Shown here: positions 1-14,026 of the stretch, one piece after another
Position numbering within the stretch: position 1 is the stretch's first letter
Layout: each line of letters begins with the position of its first letter
Assembly (NCBI RefSeq): GCF_009914755.1
Contig: NC_060939.1
Strand: one strand, 5' to 3'
Length of the DNA: 64,000 nt
Origin: the human T2T-CHM13v2.0 reference genome, Homo sapiens
Notes under the pieces: generated by a model
What the model was told of the DNA's origin: nothing
The model's database searches: none
The model's input: only the letters and a program-made list of their open reading frames with translations
Made by a program: the position numbers and the translations under genes

Positions 1-450
1 ACAAAAGGGACTCTACAGATGTGATTAAGTCATGAGGATGATCACATCCTCATGATGAGAAGATTATCCTGGATTATCTGGGTAGGCCCAGCCTAATCAC
101 ATGGGTCCTTAAAGGAGAGAACCTTTTCAGGCTGTTGTCAGAGGGAGATGTGACCACTGAAGAAAGGTCAGAGGGAGAAGCAAACTCGCTGGCCTTGAAG
201 ATGGAGGAAGGGGCCATGAGCAATGAATGCGGCAGCTGCTGGGAGCTGGGAAAAGCAAGGAAACGGAGTTTCTTTAGAGTCTCCCCTACTGTCTCCAGAA
301 GGAAGGCAACCTTTCCGACGCCTTGATTTCAGCCCAGTGAAACAAGTATTGGAATTCTGACCTACAAAACCATAAGATAATAAATTTTTGTCATCTTAAG
401 CCCCTAAATTTGGGGTAGTTTGTTTCAGAAGCAGTAAGAAACTAATATAC
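1..450 (+). mobile_element. MLT1 (MLT1D-like) MaLR LTR, partial
   Basis: gattatcctggattatc, gccttgaagatggagg and terminal gaaactaata motifs. Confidence 0.8.
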
Positions 451-769
451 TGGTCAACATTTAGTGTTGTCAATATTTTCAATTGTTGCTAATTTGAAAA
501 TTCAAAAATGATATTTTATATTCATTGTAAAATGAACATTTTATAACTTAATGAATTTTCTTCCTATTTTTGAATTTCTGTTTGTGTCCTTTTCCTATTT
601 TTCTTTTAGAGTGTTTCCATTTTATCGTTGATTTATATGAGCTTTTTATATATTATGGAAATTAAGTTTTGCAGGTATTTTCCTGGTTTTTCAAACTTAT
701 AACACTTTTGTAATTTTTTAAAACATGAATTTTAGATATCTTATCATTCTTTTTCTTTATGTTTACTTT

Positions 770-1068
770 TCTTTCTTTCTTTCTTTCTTTTAAGGCAAGG
801 TCTTACTCTATCTCCCAGACAGGAGTGCAGTGACATAATCACAGTTCACTGCAGTTTCAACTTCCGAGCTCAAGGGATCCTCCCTCTTTACCCTCTGTGG
901 AGTAGCTAGGACTACAGGCATGCACTACCATGCCCTGTTAATATATTTATTTTTTGTAGAGACAGGGTCTGGCTTATTGTCCAGGCTATATTGTCCTGGC
1001 CTCGAGTGATCCTCCCACCTTGGCTTCTAAAGTTCTGGGATTACAGGTATGAGTCACAGCACCCAGCC
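770..1068 (-). mobile_element. AluJ
   Basis: Antisense Alu dimer with T-rich tail. Confidence 0.9.
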
Positions 1069-1129
1069 CTTTATGTTTTCTATCTGTAATGTTTAGGATA
1101 GTGTTTTTCTTCTCAAGATTATGAAAGTA

Positions 1130-1432
1130 GGCTGAGCATAGTGGCTTATGCCTGTAATCCCAGCACTTTGGGAGACCAAGTCAGGAAGATCTCTTGAGCC
1201 CAGGGGTTTGAGACAAGCCTGGTTAATGTAGGGATGCCCTGTCTCTGCGAAAAATTAAAAAATTAGCTGGGCATGTTGGCTCACATCTGCAGTCCCAGCT
1301 ACTCAAGAGGCTAAGATGGGAGGATTGCTTGAGCCTGAGACATCAAGGCTACAGTGAGCCATAATCATGTCACTGCACTCCAGCCTGGGTAACAGAGTGA
1401 GACCCTGTCTCAAAAAAGCACACAAACAAAAA
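1130..1432 (+). mobile_element. AluJ
   Basis: Sense Alu dimer with A-rich tail. Confidence 0.9.
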
Positions 1433-1529
1433 GACTGTAAAAGTATTCACACATTTTTTTTCATGTTTTCACTTTACATGTTTGATCTGTATACAATTTA
1501 TTTCAATGAAGGTGTGAGGAATACATTCA

Positions 1530-1800
1530 TTTTTCTTTTTCTTTTTTGTTTTCTTTTAGACAGGGTCTCACTCTGCCGCCCAGGCTGGAATGCTGTGACA
1601 CAATCATGGCTCACTGCAACCTTGATCTCCCTAGACTCAGGTGATCCTATCACCTCAGCCTCCCTAGTAGCGGAGATTACAGATTCATGCCACCACATCT
1701 GGCTAATGTTTTATTTTTTGTAGCGATGGGGTTTCACTGTGTTGTCCAGGCTGGTGTCAAAATCCTGGGCTCAAGCAATCCACCCACCTTGGCCTCCCAA
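1530..1800 (-). mobile_element. AluJ, 5'-truncated
   Basis: Antisense Alu ending at ggcctcccaa. Confidence 0.9.
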
Positions 1801-1844
1801 ACATTTTAATAAAAAATTGTTAGCTAATCATACAAACATCATTT

Positions 1845-2205
1845 AAATGTGCCCTCCAATGTTCATGTGTTGAAAACTTAATCACCAGTGCAACAGTGTT
1901 GTGAAGTGGGACCTTTAAGAAGTGATTATGTCATGAGGACAGAGCCTAACCCTGGAATTAATGGGATTAATGGACTAATGTCCTTATCGTGGGAATGGGT
2001 TTGTTGTAAAAGTGAGTTCAACTCTCTTGCACACTGTCTTGCATGTGATGCCTTCCACCATGTTATGACGCAACAAGAAGGCCCTCACCAGGTGTGACCC
2101 CTTGATCTTGGACTTCCCAGCTCCAGAACCATGAGGCAAATAAACTCCTATTGTTTATAACTTATCCAGTCTCAGGTATTCTGTTATAGCAGCACAAAAC
2201 AGATT
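1845..2205 (+). mobile_element. MST-family MaLR LTR (MSTD-like)
   Basis: ttcatgtgttgaaaacttaatc ... ttggacttcccagc ... aataaa ... ggtattctgttatagcagca. Confidence 0.8.
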
Positions 2206-2402
2206 GATTTTAAATGCCACTTGTACAGTGTACTAAACCACCATATTGCAGGGAAACTAGTTAGAAAGCTATGACAGTGGTTCTATTTCTGGACTGTTTT
2301 TTTCTATCCCTGTGCTGGGGCCAAATTGTTTTAGTTACTTTAGCTTTATAATTTAATATCTGGCCAGCCAGCTCACCTTCATTTTCTTTTAAAACTTTCT
2401 TG

Positions 2403-2770
2403 CTTATTCATTTATGTGTTCATTCACTCAAAAAATGTTTATTGAGCACCTACTCCATGCCAGACTCTGTTCCACGTGTTGGAATATGAGATAGACAAGG
2501 TTCCTGGCCTCAAAGAGCTTGCACAGTCTAGAGGAGGAGATGGACCATGAAGCAAATTTATTAAATGTTGTCATAAATACCAAGAAAGAAAGAAATAGGG
2601 TGATGTAATAGAAGATAATTGAGTAAGGACAGGATGAGGAGCTAATTTTGTAAAGGCAAGCTATAAGCAGAAAGAAGAGCAGGTGCAAAAGTCCTGAGTT
2701 GGGACAAAGCTTGTCATATTTTGGGAGTGATATGAAGGGTGGCCTTGGGACCAGAGCAACATGATAGAAG
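2403..2770 (-). mobile_element. L2 3' fragment; further L2 pieces at ~3320-3760, ~4430-4690, ~5090-5370
   Basis: attcactcaaaaaatgtttattgagcacctact, the reverse complement of the L2 3' end. Confidence 0.7.
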
Positions 2771-2789
2771 AGAAAAAGTGGGTATCTTC

Positions 2790-3140
2790 CATGTTCTCCT
2801 TCTCCTAACTTCCACTGTCCACCTTGCCCTGTGCCCAAGAAGGCTGACTTCTAAGGGTTGCCTCAATGGCACCCTTGTCCTCTAGTTTCTGGTTGAGTTC
2901 AGTCACTGGGGGGCACTTGTAGGAAATGAGAGGAAGGGAGGAGAGTGGAGTCAGGAGATTTATTTCCTTGGCTGCCTTTCTGATGGGTTGTCTCCTGCTG
3001 GCTGCATCCTCTACTGAAGGCTGCAGGTCCTGTCAGTTCTCACACCAGGCTCAGGCTTTGGGTGGTAATGGCTCCCTGCTGTGACTGGGCATAGGGGGAT
3101 AAAACTTCCCATGTTGCTTTGCCTAAACTCCACACTTATC
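2790..3140 (+). mobile_element. LTR33-like ERVL LTR
   Basis: aggctgac ... cccttgtcctct ... ggaggagagtggagtcaggagatttatt motifs. Confidence 0.6.
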
Positions 3141-4698
3141 TTTGATCAGACTCATTTTTTAAAGATCACCCTGGTTGCTTTAAAGTATGAACTGGAGGGA
3201 TGGAGGTATACGGCAAGAGGAAGGGAAGCAGAGAGAGACTGATAGTAATGTAATTAAAACCAAGACTGACTTGGAAGAAATCTTGAATGTATAGATACTG
3301 AGAAACACAGGACTCAACTCCATTTATTCTTTCAACTTTTTCCATGACTATTTACATGCCAGGCACTACTATAGGCACTCAGAATAGATGGATCAATACA
3401 TTATATTATTAGATAAATAAATTATATAATAATAAATAGATGGATAAATAAATTATATAGCATGCTTGAAAGAGACAAGTGGCAAGGAATAATTAAAAAG
3501 TAGAACAAGGTCATGGGGTTTGGAGTACAGGAGTGGAGAAAGAGGGTGCAATTTTAAAAAGCCCATCACTGAGAAGGTGACATTTGAGCTAAGGCTTGGG
3601 GAAGGTGAGGAAATAAACCATGTAGACAAGAGGGTCACAGTCAAGGCTCCAACGTAAGGGTGGGTCTGGCCATGTCAGCAGCAGCAGAGGCCAGTGTGCC
3701 TGGAGCTCAGGGAGCTAGGGAGAGTAGAAAGAAAGAAGGTCAGACAGGCCACAGGAGCAGCAGAGAAAAAGGAACTGCTGGTTTCTCTTCCCTGCCCCCA
3801 CCCCACCCCCTCCATGAGTCAACAACCCATCCTCTCTTTTGGGAAGAGCTGAGGACTTTCACACAGGCTCCTCCTGGCCACTGTTTCATGCCTTATTGAA
3901 AGCGGGGCGGGAGGTGGGGCCGGGGGGAATCACTAATCACTCTTAGTTTCTCAGATTACATTCATTCGAAGTATACCTATGTAGTGTCTGACAAGAAATG
4001 CTGGCCTAATTCTTCAAGGATTGTTAATTGCACCACTAATCTTGCAGAGGAGTTGGCAGCTAAGTCACTTTGGGTCACCGGAGGACGACTGGCTGGAGGA
4101 TGGGCTTTAGAGCACCAGAGCAACGCTATTGATTTTCTGCTCCACTGAGGAAGATGTTAAATTGTATTTTCAGAATACCACTGGGAGAAGGAAGAGGAAA
4201 GAAGAATAGTCTCTCTTACTACTCCCTCCCTCAGTGAGGAGTAAATTTAAAATAAACCTTTTGTACAAAGCTTTTTATTGTGAAAAATTTTGAGAGGATA
4301 GTATATTGAACGCCTGTGTATTCATTGCCAAGAAACAATAATTATCAACTAATAGCCACTCTTATTTTTTCTCTTTATCTATTTATCTAACTGTGTATTT
4401 TCTTTTCTTGGGTATTTTAAAGCAAATTCCAGGCATCAATATCTGTCGAGCACTTACTATAAGTCAGATGCTATTGTAGATGCTAGGAATACAGCAATGA
4501 AAAATAGTATGCAGACAAAAATCCCAGTCCACATAAATCTCACATTCTAGATGTGGGGGAGAGATAACAAATAAAAACAATAAGTGAAGGTGCAATACAC
4601 TGGATGGTGGTAAGTGCAATGGAGAAATAACAAGCAACTGATAAGAAGGGGGATTGCAGGGGAAGGGGTTACAATTTTAAATAGGGGGCCAGAGTATG

Positions 4699-5086
4699 TG
4701 TGGTGAGCATTGAGATACACTCCTCAGATCCCCCTTCAGGACACAAAGACTTATTCCTCCAGCTGCTGAAAAGAACCTCTTCATCCGAGGTCATGCTGGA
4801 AAGGCTCACACCCCGTGACTGATCTACACAGAAATGTAAAAGCTGAGCCCTCCCACTCCAGCTCAGGACAGCTCTGAAGAGTCCTCTCATCTTTAGAATT
4901 CCTTGTAGGTTTGGCAAGGTCTTCTATTGAGACTGCATTGCAGCTCAATTTGTCCCTCTGCCAAATCCTACTTCTTTCCCATTCCTTCTCTTCCATAGGA
5001 GTTGGTTCAAGAGCACTCCCTAACAAACTTCCTGCATACTAATTTCCACTTCAGAGTTGGCTTTCCAGGAAACCCAACTTGAGACA
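4699..5086 (+). mobile_element. LTR16 (LTR16C-like) ERVL solo LTR
   Basis: TG...CA ends; gagcactccctaacaaacttcctgca and ggaaacccaacttgagaca terminus. Confidence 0.7.
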
Positions 5087-5886
5087 GTAGGACTTCCTAA
5101 GAACATGACTTTTGAGCAGAAAGATAATGTATGTAGGGGACTGAGTCATGGAAATATCTAGGGGAAGAGCATTCCAGGAAGAGAAAACAGCAACAGCAAA
5201 GATCCTGAGGTAGAAGAAGCAGGCCTGTTGTGTGTGAGCAAAAGCAAGGAACCTAACATGGCTGGATTAAAGAAAGCAAGGGAGACAGCAATAAAAGATG
5301 AAATCAGGGTTAAAGCAGGGAACCAAAAAGTGTAGAGACATACACACCATTTAAGGACTTGGTTTTTTCTCAGAGCTGCTTCAACTTTCTAGGCAAGATT
5401 TCCAGATATTTTTAATCTTCCAGAACCATGAGTCAGGTAAGTGGATTAAACCCACATGGATCAAGGAAGCCCTCGTGCCACACATAAGAGGGGCTTCTAA
5501 GCCACCATTACCACTCACTTGAGAGCCCAGCTTTGGACAATGCTCTAGTGCTACCGGGCCAGAGTTTCATCAGTCTCTAGGTCATTGTTTTTCTTTGGGA
5601 AGACTTTAGAAGCTCCCTCCGAGGAATCTAACATGGAGCCAAGGCAAGGAACAAGAACTGTCACCTTGGTCCATTGGAGACTGCCTGCATCTGGACATTG
5701 ATTCCTCAGTCCCTTGCTATCATTTTTTATCAACCAGGATCTGGTACAACTAGATAGAAGCTGCTTCCCACTGTCTATGGTTGGGTTGACCTCTAGGGAG
5801 AAATTCTCTTTGAGTTATCACATCCAGGCCCCAGATACTGATGTAGAGGAAATACTACTTCATGGAATCTGAAATTTAGAAACTTA

Positions 5887-6258
<372 letters not shown>

Positions 6259-8159
6259 AGAACTTAAAATGGGAATCCTTCTGCCCTGTGGAGACCTCTC
6301 ACTGCGTTCATAAAGAAGAGAAATGGAGAGCTAAGGTCTGCCATGAGTGCTGGGGTGACGCTTAGACTGTACCCATTTCTACATATCCCAGCCAGTCCAT
6401 TTCAGTTCCTTTAATGGATCTGGCACAACCAGTCAAAGCAGGAAACAACCTGCATAAAAAGCTACTGTAGGTGCCTAAGCACCAAGTCAAAAATTCTTCC
6501 AGACCAACCTTCTTCCTAGTACTCCGGTTCATCAATTCACTGAGTTTCGCTGCCCCTTTAAGCAGTGAGCTCTGGTTCTTGCTTTTGGATCTCTTGCTTT
6601 GGTGACCCAGTTTATGCCATTGATCACAACTCCAATCATGCCTTCCTTTAAGACATGATTCTTGGCACTTGTTCATCATCTTCACTCATTATAACCATGG
6701 AGCAGAAACAACTCATGCTCAAAGCCCACCACACCTAATGACAGAGGAATCCCAATTCCTGCCACCCTGTAATAGTCACAGTAGGCCCAGAGAGCAGTGA
6801 TTTCGTGGAGCCCCTTACTTTGAGCAAAGTCTCTAACTCCTTTAGCCCTGCCACATTCCTATGCTACTAATCAGCATCTGTATGACCTCCAGGACAGGGG
6901 TGAGTCAGGGCAGGTGCCCTTCTCCACCTTGTCCTCTACCTGACCTCAGAGGTCCATGAAGGATGACTCTGGTGCACCTACTGCTCTGTCACCTCTGCAC
7001 AACCCAGAGAAAGGTGCCTTCCAGCAGCCAGAGGCCAAGCTTCTGATGCTTACTCTCTCCTCCTTAGAAATCCAGATGATCTTGACCAACACTTCTAAGA
7101 GTTTGAAGCAGCTCACTCAGGGCCAGCCTGACCACCACACTAATGAAGGGGGTCAAGAATGGCCTTAACTTCATGCAAGCTGAACACACGTTGCATGGCT
7201 AGTACCTTGTGAAGATTCAAAAGGGAGCACATCCCCTCTGTATTTTAGCAGATTCCCCAAGGCTGAACCCTATAGAAAGAAACGCCACTTTGTACCTTTT
7301 ATCTCCCTCCCTGCTAACCCCCATACCTGCATCACTGAACAGGGGGAAGAACTAGAATAGTTTCCTATTCCAAATTCCTAGTGCCACAAATCCCAGCTCC
7401 AGAGCCTCACAGGGCAGAGGGTGGGTGCTAACCTAAGGAGCATTTGGGAAGTCTTAGCCCACCTCAAGCATGCCCATGTCTACCTGGCGGCATTGTCCCT
7501 GGAAAATGAGGGAATGGGCAGGGCTAATGAGGAATTTGTGCGGTTTGGCCACTTGAAATATACTCCTGGAATACACGTGGAAAAAAGGTACCAAGTCTCA
7601 TGTAAGAGAACTGCTATAGATAGATTCATAAGATGATAAGATTCCATTCAACAAACACTTACGACCTCTTTACTACATATGCTAGGCACTGAGGTAAATA
7701 GATGAGTACTGACAAGTCCCTCCCCTCTAGGAGGTTACAATGAAAAGGACATGTAAGTAATGACAGTACACTGTGAAAAACTGTTTAGAATGGCACTCAA
7801 GTAGTAGCAGAGTGTCAGAGAAGACAAAAAAACCCTCCCACCAAATTTTAATTTCCCTTCCACTGACCTTATCACAATGTGTTCTCACATCCCAAATGAA
7901 AACAGTTTATTACAATTGTCTGAAACATAATGGAATATGAAACATTGTAGTATATAAAATTATTTACATAGACTGTGTTGTTTTATTGTTCTTTTCTGAT
8001 TATAAAACAGCATAGTACATACTCATGTTGAAAATATAAGGAGCTCAGAACTGCATAATGAACAAAGAAAAATCCTAACCAGGTAACCATTGTAAATATT
8101 ATGGGAAATAGACTTCCAGATAAATTTCTAGGTATGAGCATGTGCACACACACACACAC

Positions 8160-8489
8160 TTTTTTGTTGTTGTTGTTTTTTGTTTTTGAGGCAGGGTCTC
8201 ACTCTATCAACAAGGCTGGAGTGCAGTGTTGCAATCATGGCTCACTACAGACCCGGGGCTCAAGTGACCCTCTCACCTCAGCCTCCTGAGTAGCTGGGAC
8301 TACTGGCATGCGCCACCATGCCCAGCTTATTTATTTATCTATTTATTTATTTATTTATTTTGTGGGGGTAGGAGAGATGGGGTCTCCCTATGTTGCCCAG
8401 GCCAGTCTCAAACTCCTGGACTCAAGAGATTCTCCTGCCTCAGCCTCCTTAAGCGTTGGGATTGCAGGCCTGAGCCCCTGCGCCCAGCC
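8160..8489 (-). mobile_element. AluJ with (TTTA)n expanded linker
   Basis: Antisense Alu dimer. Confidence 0.9.
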
Positions 8490-9789
8490 ACACACACTTT
8501 CTATAATAGGAAACACATTGCTGATAGGCAACCTGATATTTTCACTCAATAATGTTAATTCATTTTAAATACTATATTTAATGGTGTCATGTGCATCTGT
8601 TGTTTTTTGTTTACTTTATAGCCTCACCCTGATTCCTTCTGGGAAGCCATTCTACCCTTGTGGTTCTGGAGTGAATACTCAAACATAGTTCTTGCATCTT
8701 CCTCCTATGCCCCCAGGGTAGGTGACTGACCCAGTCTGGTTCAACTATGGTACAAGCAAGATAAGTGAACAAGACAAGTTTACTACTTTCTCCTCCTACC
8801 CACTCTCAGATTTATTTCTGGCACCTTTCAGTCTGTAGGTGGCCTATATGATCTTGTCATTTGGGCCCACTTTCCTTATTCATGTGCCCTTTTCTTTTCA
8901 TTTCCATGCCTTCACTTTCCTTAAGTCCTGTTATTTGCTCATTTACATTATTCTTTGTTATTTCAACTTTCCTCTGATGGTGAATTTCTAGATTTCACAT
9001 TTATTTCTCCTTTCGTCTATATCAGCAGCCACCTCTAGTGCTGGCATCCTGTGTCAGTCTCTTTCACAGCAACAGATCCATTCCTATAACTCTGTAACTG
9101 CAAGGGCCTTGCCAGCTCAGGCTCTCTATTCTTAGCCCTTTCATGAACATCTCTTCTGTGAGACTACGCCTTTGTAATGAAAGTGCTGAGTGGAGAATTG
9201 TCCTGACAGTGTCAAGATCCTCCAATGTGGGATAGCCATCATAGCCTCAGGATTTGAAGACCAAAGGTAAACAGGAAACCCCCCATCCCTTCATTTATTT
9301 AAGCAGATGGATTTCTAGACACTGTAAGAAGGGCTGAGAAATCAAAGATGAGTGAAACAAGATCCTTTCCTTGAAAAATTCACAGTCTAGTGTGGTAGAA
9401 AGCCAGATATGTAAGCATGTAATCACAGTGAGAGATATAATTTTATAAATATATGTGTAAAGTTTTCTTAGAAAAAATGTGCAACAACAGGACATACCCC
9501 TAAAGTTTGCATTGGTTATCACTATCAGATATTTCCCCTTTTTCCTTATCTGTATTTTCGGAAGTTTTTCCTTCAATATGTATTTATTATTTTGAAAATA
9601 AGGAGAAAGAAAGCATCTACACAAAGCAGCATATGGGATATATGCCCAACTGGGAGTGTGCATGGTATCCTGAGGAAGAAATGATCTCATCTAGGAAGTC
9701 AAAGAAAACCTTGCAACATCTGCCCTTCCATTCTTACTCATATGTGTCTCTCACATGTCAACCAAATGCAATCGTGGTTCAAGTAAACC

Positions 9790-10420
<631 letters not shown>

Positions 10421-12967
10421 TAATTAATATATTTTTTCTGTAATAAATGAAAGCATCCTACAAATGTCTCTACCTTCAAGACTCAGCTCAAAAATAATAT
10501 TCTCCACTAGTGAATGAGCGCACCACAATTGTTCCATTTGTGTTGACAAATGAACAAGCAGCATTGACAAACTCACTGTGCGTTGTACATTGTTGATTTA
10601 ATAATTATCTGATCTGTGTCAATGTTATTTGTCTTGTAATTTCAACATATATTTTCATATTATTCCATGTTTATAGTGTTCTCACACATAAGAATCAAAT
10701 ATTTTAATCTTTTTATTATTAATAAAAGGGCTGTCTTCTCTTTGAAATCTTTCCTGACCATTCATTCCATTATTTGGACAGACTCTACTTGAACTTTGCA
10801 AATACAAAAAGGACACATAACACTCTCTTGTACTTATTCATTCACTTATATTTCAATAAGAATAGTGTGTTGCATGTGAAACCTGTTCACCAAATAGTTG
10901 TTGTTATATTCACAATATTTTCTCTCTACTAGGCTATAGGACTAGCAGTGACTAGTGTCTTACTTGTCTTTGTACACCCAGCAACTATCTCAATACCTGG
11001 TACATTTCAGATGCTCAATAAACACCTGTTAAGTGAATTGATGAATAAATACAATTTAGGATTACTCCATTCACAGACCTATACTAAGTCCAGTGGTATC
11101 ATCCATAAGGCTGAATAATGTAAACTAATTCATGCCTATGTTTTACTCAATGCTCCACCACTCATTTGATCAGAAACATAACATGATCCTAGATTTAGTG
11201 TCCATTTAACATAATCACTTTAAGTCCAAATGGCAGAAAGAGACAAAATACCCTTTTTCTTTTGGGCAAGCAATGCAATGTACTCAACAGACATCCCTGA
11301 CCTTCATCCCATCCTGAATCTCTCCCAATTGCAAACATGTATTGAGGAGATAAATGAGTCAGGAATGGGACAAAGGACAAAGTGAAGCTGAGGGATTAGG
11401 TCAGTGAGTCTCAGGATCAGTGAATGGCTATTTCAGATAGCGTTGGGTAATGTTTCATAAAAGCTGAAAACGTTTCATGACTTATTTTCTTAGGCTGTAT
11501 CAAAATATTCTTGGTATCAAAATGACTAGTTCAAAACATGTACCCATTTGATCTTCATAATAACAGTGTGAGGTAAACAGAGCCTGTCATTTCCATCATA
11601 AAGAAAAGGAAACTAAGGAAATATACCCTTCATTCAGCTGGGATTTTAAAATATGACTTAATTTTTTAATGCAGTATACTGGGATAATAATGCTATGTTA
11701 TTACTGCCAATAAAGAGTTTTTTGTTTTGAAGGAGCTGTTAGATTTAGAATACTCTTTAGATCCTCAAAGGAAGTATTTGAGTGACTTCCAAACTCAAAA
11801 ACCTCCGGAGCTAGGGAGATTTGTTTGTCAGCTTGGTTGTTTGTTTGTTTTTAGGTACTTGAATAACTTCCTCCTTGAAAAGGAGGGTGCAGAAATCAAA
11901 GGCCTGATTGTGCTGAATCCTTCTCTTTGGTCATTATTCAGACTGGTTCCCAGCATGCCGCAGTCCAGAGGAAAAGGTCCAAGTTCTGTTTAAAAATCAG
12001 AGACTAAAGAGCTTACTCAGCATCCTGCTCACATTAATGTTGCTTGTTTTCATCATTTAAAGTCTTTTGATAGTTCCTTGTATACAATAACCTTAGGCTT
12101 CTGGGAATATTCTCAGAACATAGGAAGCACCTCCCTGACTTAGTAAAGATGAAAAATGCTTTTCATGACTATCCCCTCTCTTGAAGGACCCCCTGGAACA
12201 GCCAGGTCTTTGGGCATAATTAAATTCTGGGCAAGATTTTACAGAAATGCAGCTTCTTTTTTCTAATTTAGTTGTGTGGTGTGTGTGTGTAAAGTGGGGG
12301 AGGTTCCACTTGGTGGGGAAAGGAGAATTTGCCATTGCTGCTCGTCTACTCAGGACTGTTTCTGTTGTTGTTGTGTTTCAGCATCAGAGAGTGAGAGTGT
12401 ATTGCAGCAATCTGACTATTTGGAAGACTGTTCCTTGAATTTCCCAATTCAAAAGCCTCGGTAGAGCTGAGGGATGCTTGATACGTCAACACAGACCACA
12501 AAAGGCAGGGCTTTTCTAAAGAGATTATAATTATATCTACCTTTTGGGTACAGGAGGTGAATGGAAGGAAGGGATTCTGGAGCAGATATCCCAAAAGAAG
12601 AATCCCGAAGCAGAACTCCTCGCACAAGGTTACCTAAATCTCCTTGACAGGTGCACAGGCAGAGAAGGCATTTGGCCCTTGAAGTAACATTTACTTGGGA
12701 GGTTGGGACAATTCTGTCACGCTTAGGACAAGCCAGCTGACCCTGAGCCCAGGAGCACCCTAGGACTGCAGCACAGAAAATACACCAGCTGGCCGGTCGC
12801 CCCTCCTTTGTTCCATTCCCGGGGGATTGGAGTAGCGTTGGAGTCACCGACGCCATCCCCTCCCGCCTCTGGCGTGCATGGAGCATGCGCTTCCTTCCTC
12901 ACTTCCTCTCCAGGAGGGAGCGAGAGTAAAGCTACGCCCTGGCGCGCAGTCTCCGCGTCACAGGAAC

Positions 12968-12994
12968 TTCAGCACCCACAGGGCGGACAGCGCT
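12968..12994 (+). promoter_or_regulatory. Non-canonical (split) RE1/NRSE REST-binding site
   Basis: TTCAGCACC (12968-12976) + 8-nt spacer CACAGGGC + GGACAGCGCT (12985-12994). Both halves match the RE1 consensus TTCAGCACCnnGGACAGCGCC. Confidence 0.8.
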
Positions 12995-13212
12995 CCCCTC
13001 TACCTGGAGACTTGACTCCCGCGCGCCCCAACCCTGCTTATCCCTTGACCGTCGAGTGTCAGAGATCCTGCAGCCGCCCAGTCCCGGCCCCTCTCCCGCC
13101 CCACACCCACCCTCCTGGCTCTTCCTGTTTTTACTCCTCCTTTTCATTCATAACAAAAGCTACAGCTCCAGGAGCCCAGCGCCGGGCTGTGACCCAAGCC
13201 GAGCGTGGAAGA

Positions 13213-13294
13213 ATGGGGTTCCTCGGGACCGGCACTTGGATTCTGGTGTTAGTGCTCCCGATTCAAGCTTTCCCCAAACCTGGAGGAAGCCAAG
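13213..13294 (+). CDS. SCG3: Secretogranin III coding exon 1 (signal peptide MGFLGTGTWILVLVLPIQA-FPKPGGSQ)
   Basis: ATG in AGAATGG context, hydrophobic signal peptide, donor G|gtatgt; 82 nt. Confidence 0.98.
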
Positions 13295-13973
13295 GTATGT
13301 GAACACTTTTCTTCTTCCTACCTTCCTTTTATTTCGCCACGAAAAGGTAAAGTTTGGCATAATACGTGAGCTGTAAATCACCCTGACGCGTTTTCTGATC
13401 AAATCATATCCATGAATACGGACAGAGAAATCAGTTCGAATTTAGAGACAGAAGACAGATTTTTTTTCTTCACTTTTAAAATGATAGAGCAATAATATGG
13501 GTTGTTTTTAAAGATCTTATTTTGAAAAGGGAAGGGAACCTTTTTCACCTAAAGTGGCTTGGATTGTTTTCTAGTTGCCTTACAACCTTTCTCAGACAGT
13601 CTATTCATTATATATGCAGTATATGATGAAAGAGCTTTTAGTGTGCCAATAATACCAATCCAAATTATGCTCTCTCTAGCTGAGAATAGCTGGTAACCCT
13701 AGTGTTAGAACTATATGTTAAATTTCTGGTCAGAAAAAAAAAAAAGTGTGATTCTGTCAGCTCAAGAAATACACCAAGATAATAAACAAGGCAATATTGA
13801 TAATTACTATTATTGTATAATCTTGATAATCTTTGTTAATATGCATTTGTTTCATAGTCATCCAAAATTATTTCTCCTAATATTTTTCCTTTTTATAAAA
13901 ATTTTATTTAATAAGAGGCATATTTTGTCCTTCAACGCACAATTAAATTTATATTCACATGTGTTTATTCTAG

Positions 13974-14026
13974 ACAAATCTCTACATAATAGAGAATTAA
14001 GTGCAGAAAGACCTTTGAATGAACAG
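13974..14026 (+). CDS. SCG3: SCG3 exon 2 (DKSLHNRELSAERPLNEQ)
   Basis: ttctag| acceptor, CAG|gtaggt donor; 53 nt; frame continuous. Confidence 0.97.

Larger units (their letters stand above)
12790..13400 (+). promoter_or_regulatory. SCG3: CpG-rich promoter / 5'UTR / exon 1 region of SCG3
   Basis: Sharp local rise in GC and CpG around the start codon. CAGCTG E-boxes at 12734 and 12786, CGTCA half-CRE at 12956, TGACG at 13384. The exact TSS cannot be fixed from sequence. Confidence 0.85.

Noticed and set aside
770-1800. Three closely spaced alternating-orientation Alus as an instability hotspot
   Set aside because: All are old, diverged AluJ copies, and no transcription is evident here.
6362-6685. 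107-aa minus-strand ORF in apparently unique sequence
   Set aside because: Non-ATG start, no recognisable domain or exon structure; possibly decayed repeat. A conservation or homology search would be needed.
12479-12488. CRE-like TGATACGTCA upstream of SCG3
   Set aside because: Not a full TGACGTCA palindrome; a half-site alone is too common to call.
12449-13402. Several antisense and alternate-frame ORFs over the SCG3 promoter
   Set aside because: Expected in GC-rich DNA with few stop codons; no coding signature.
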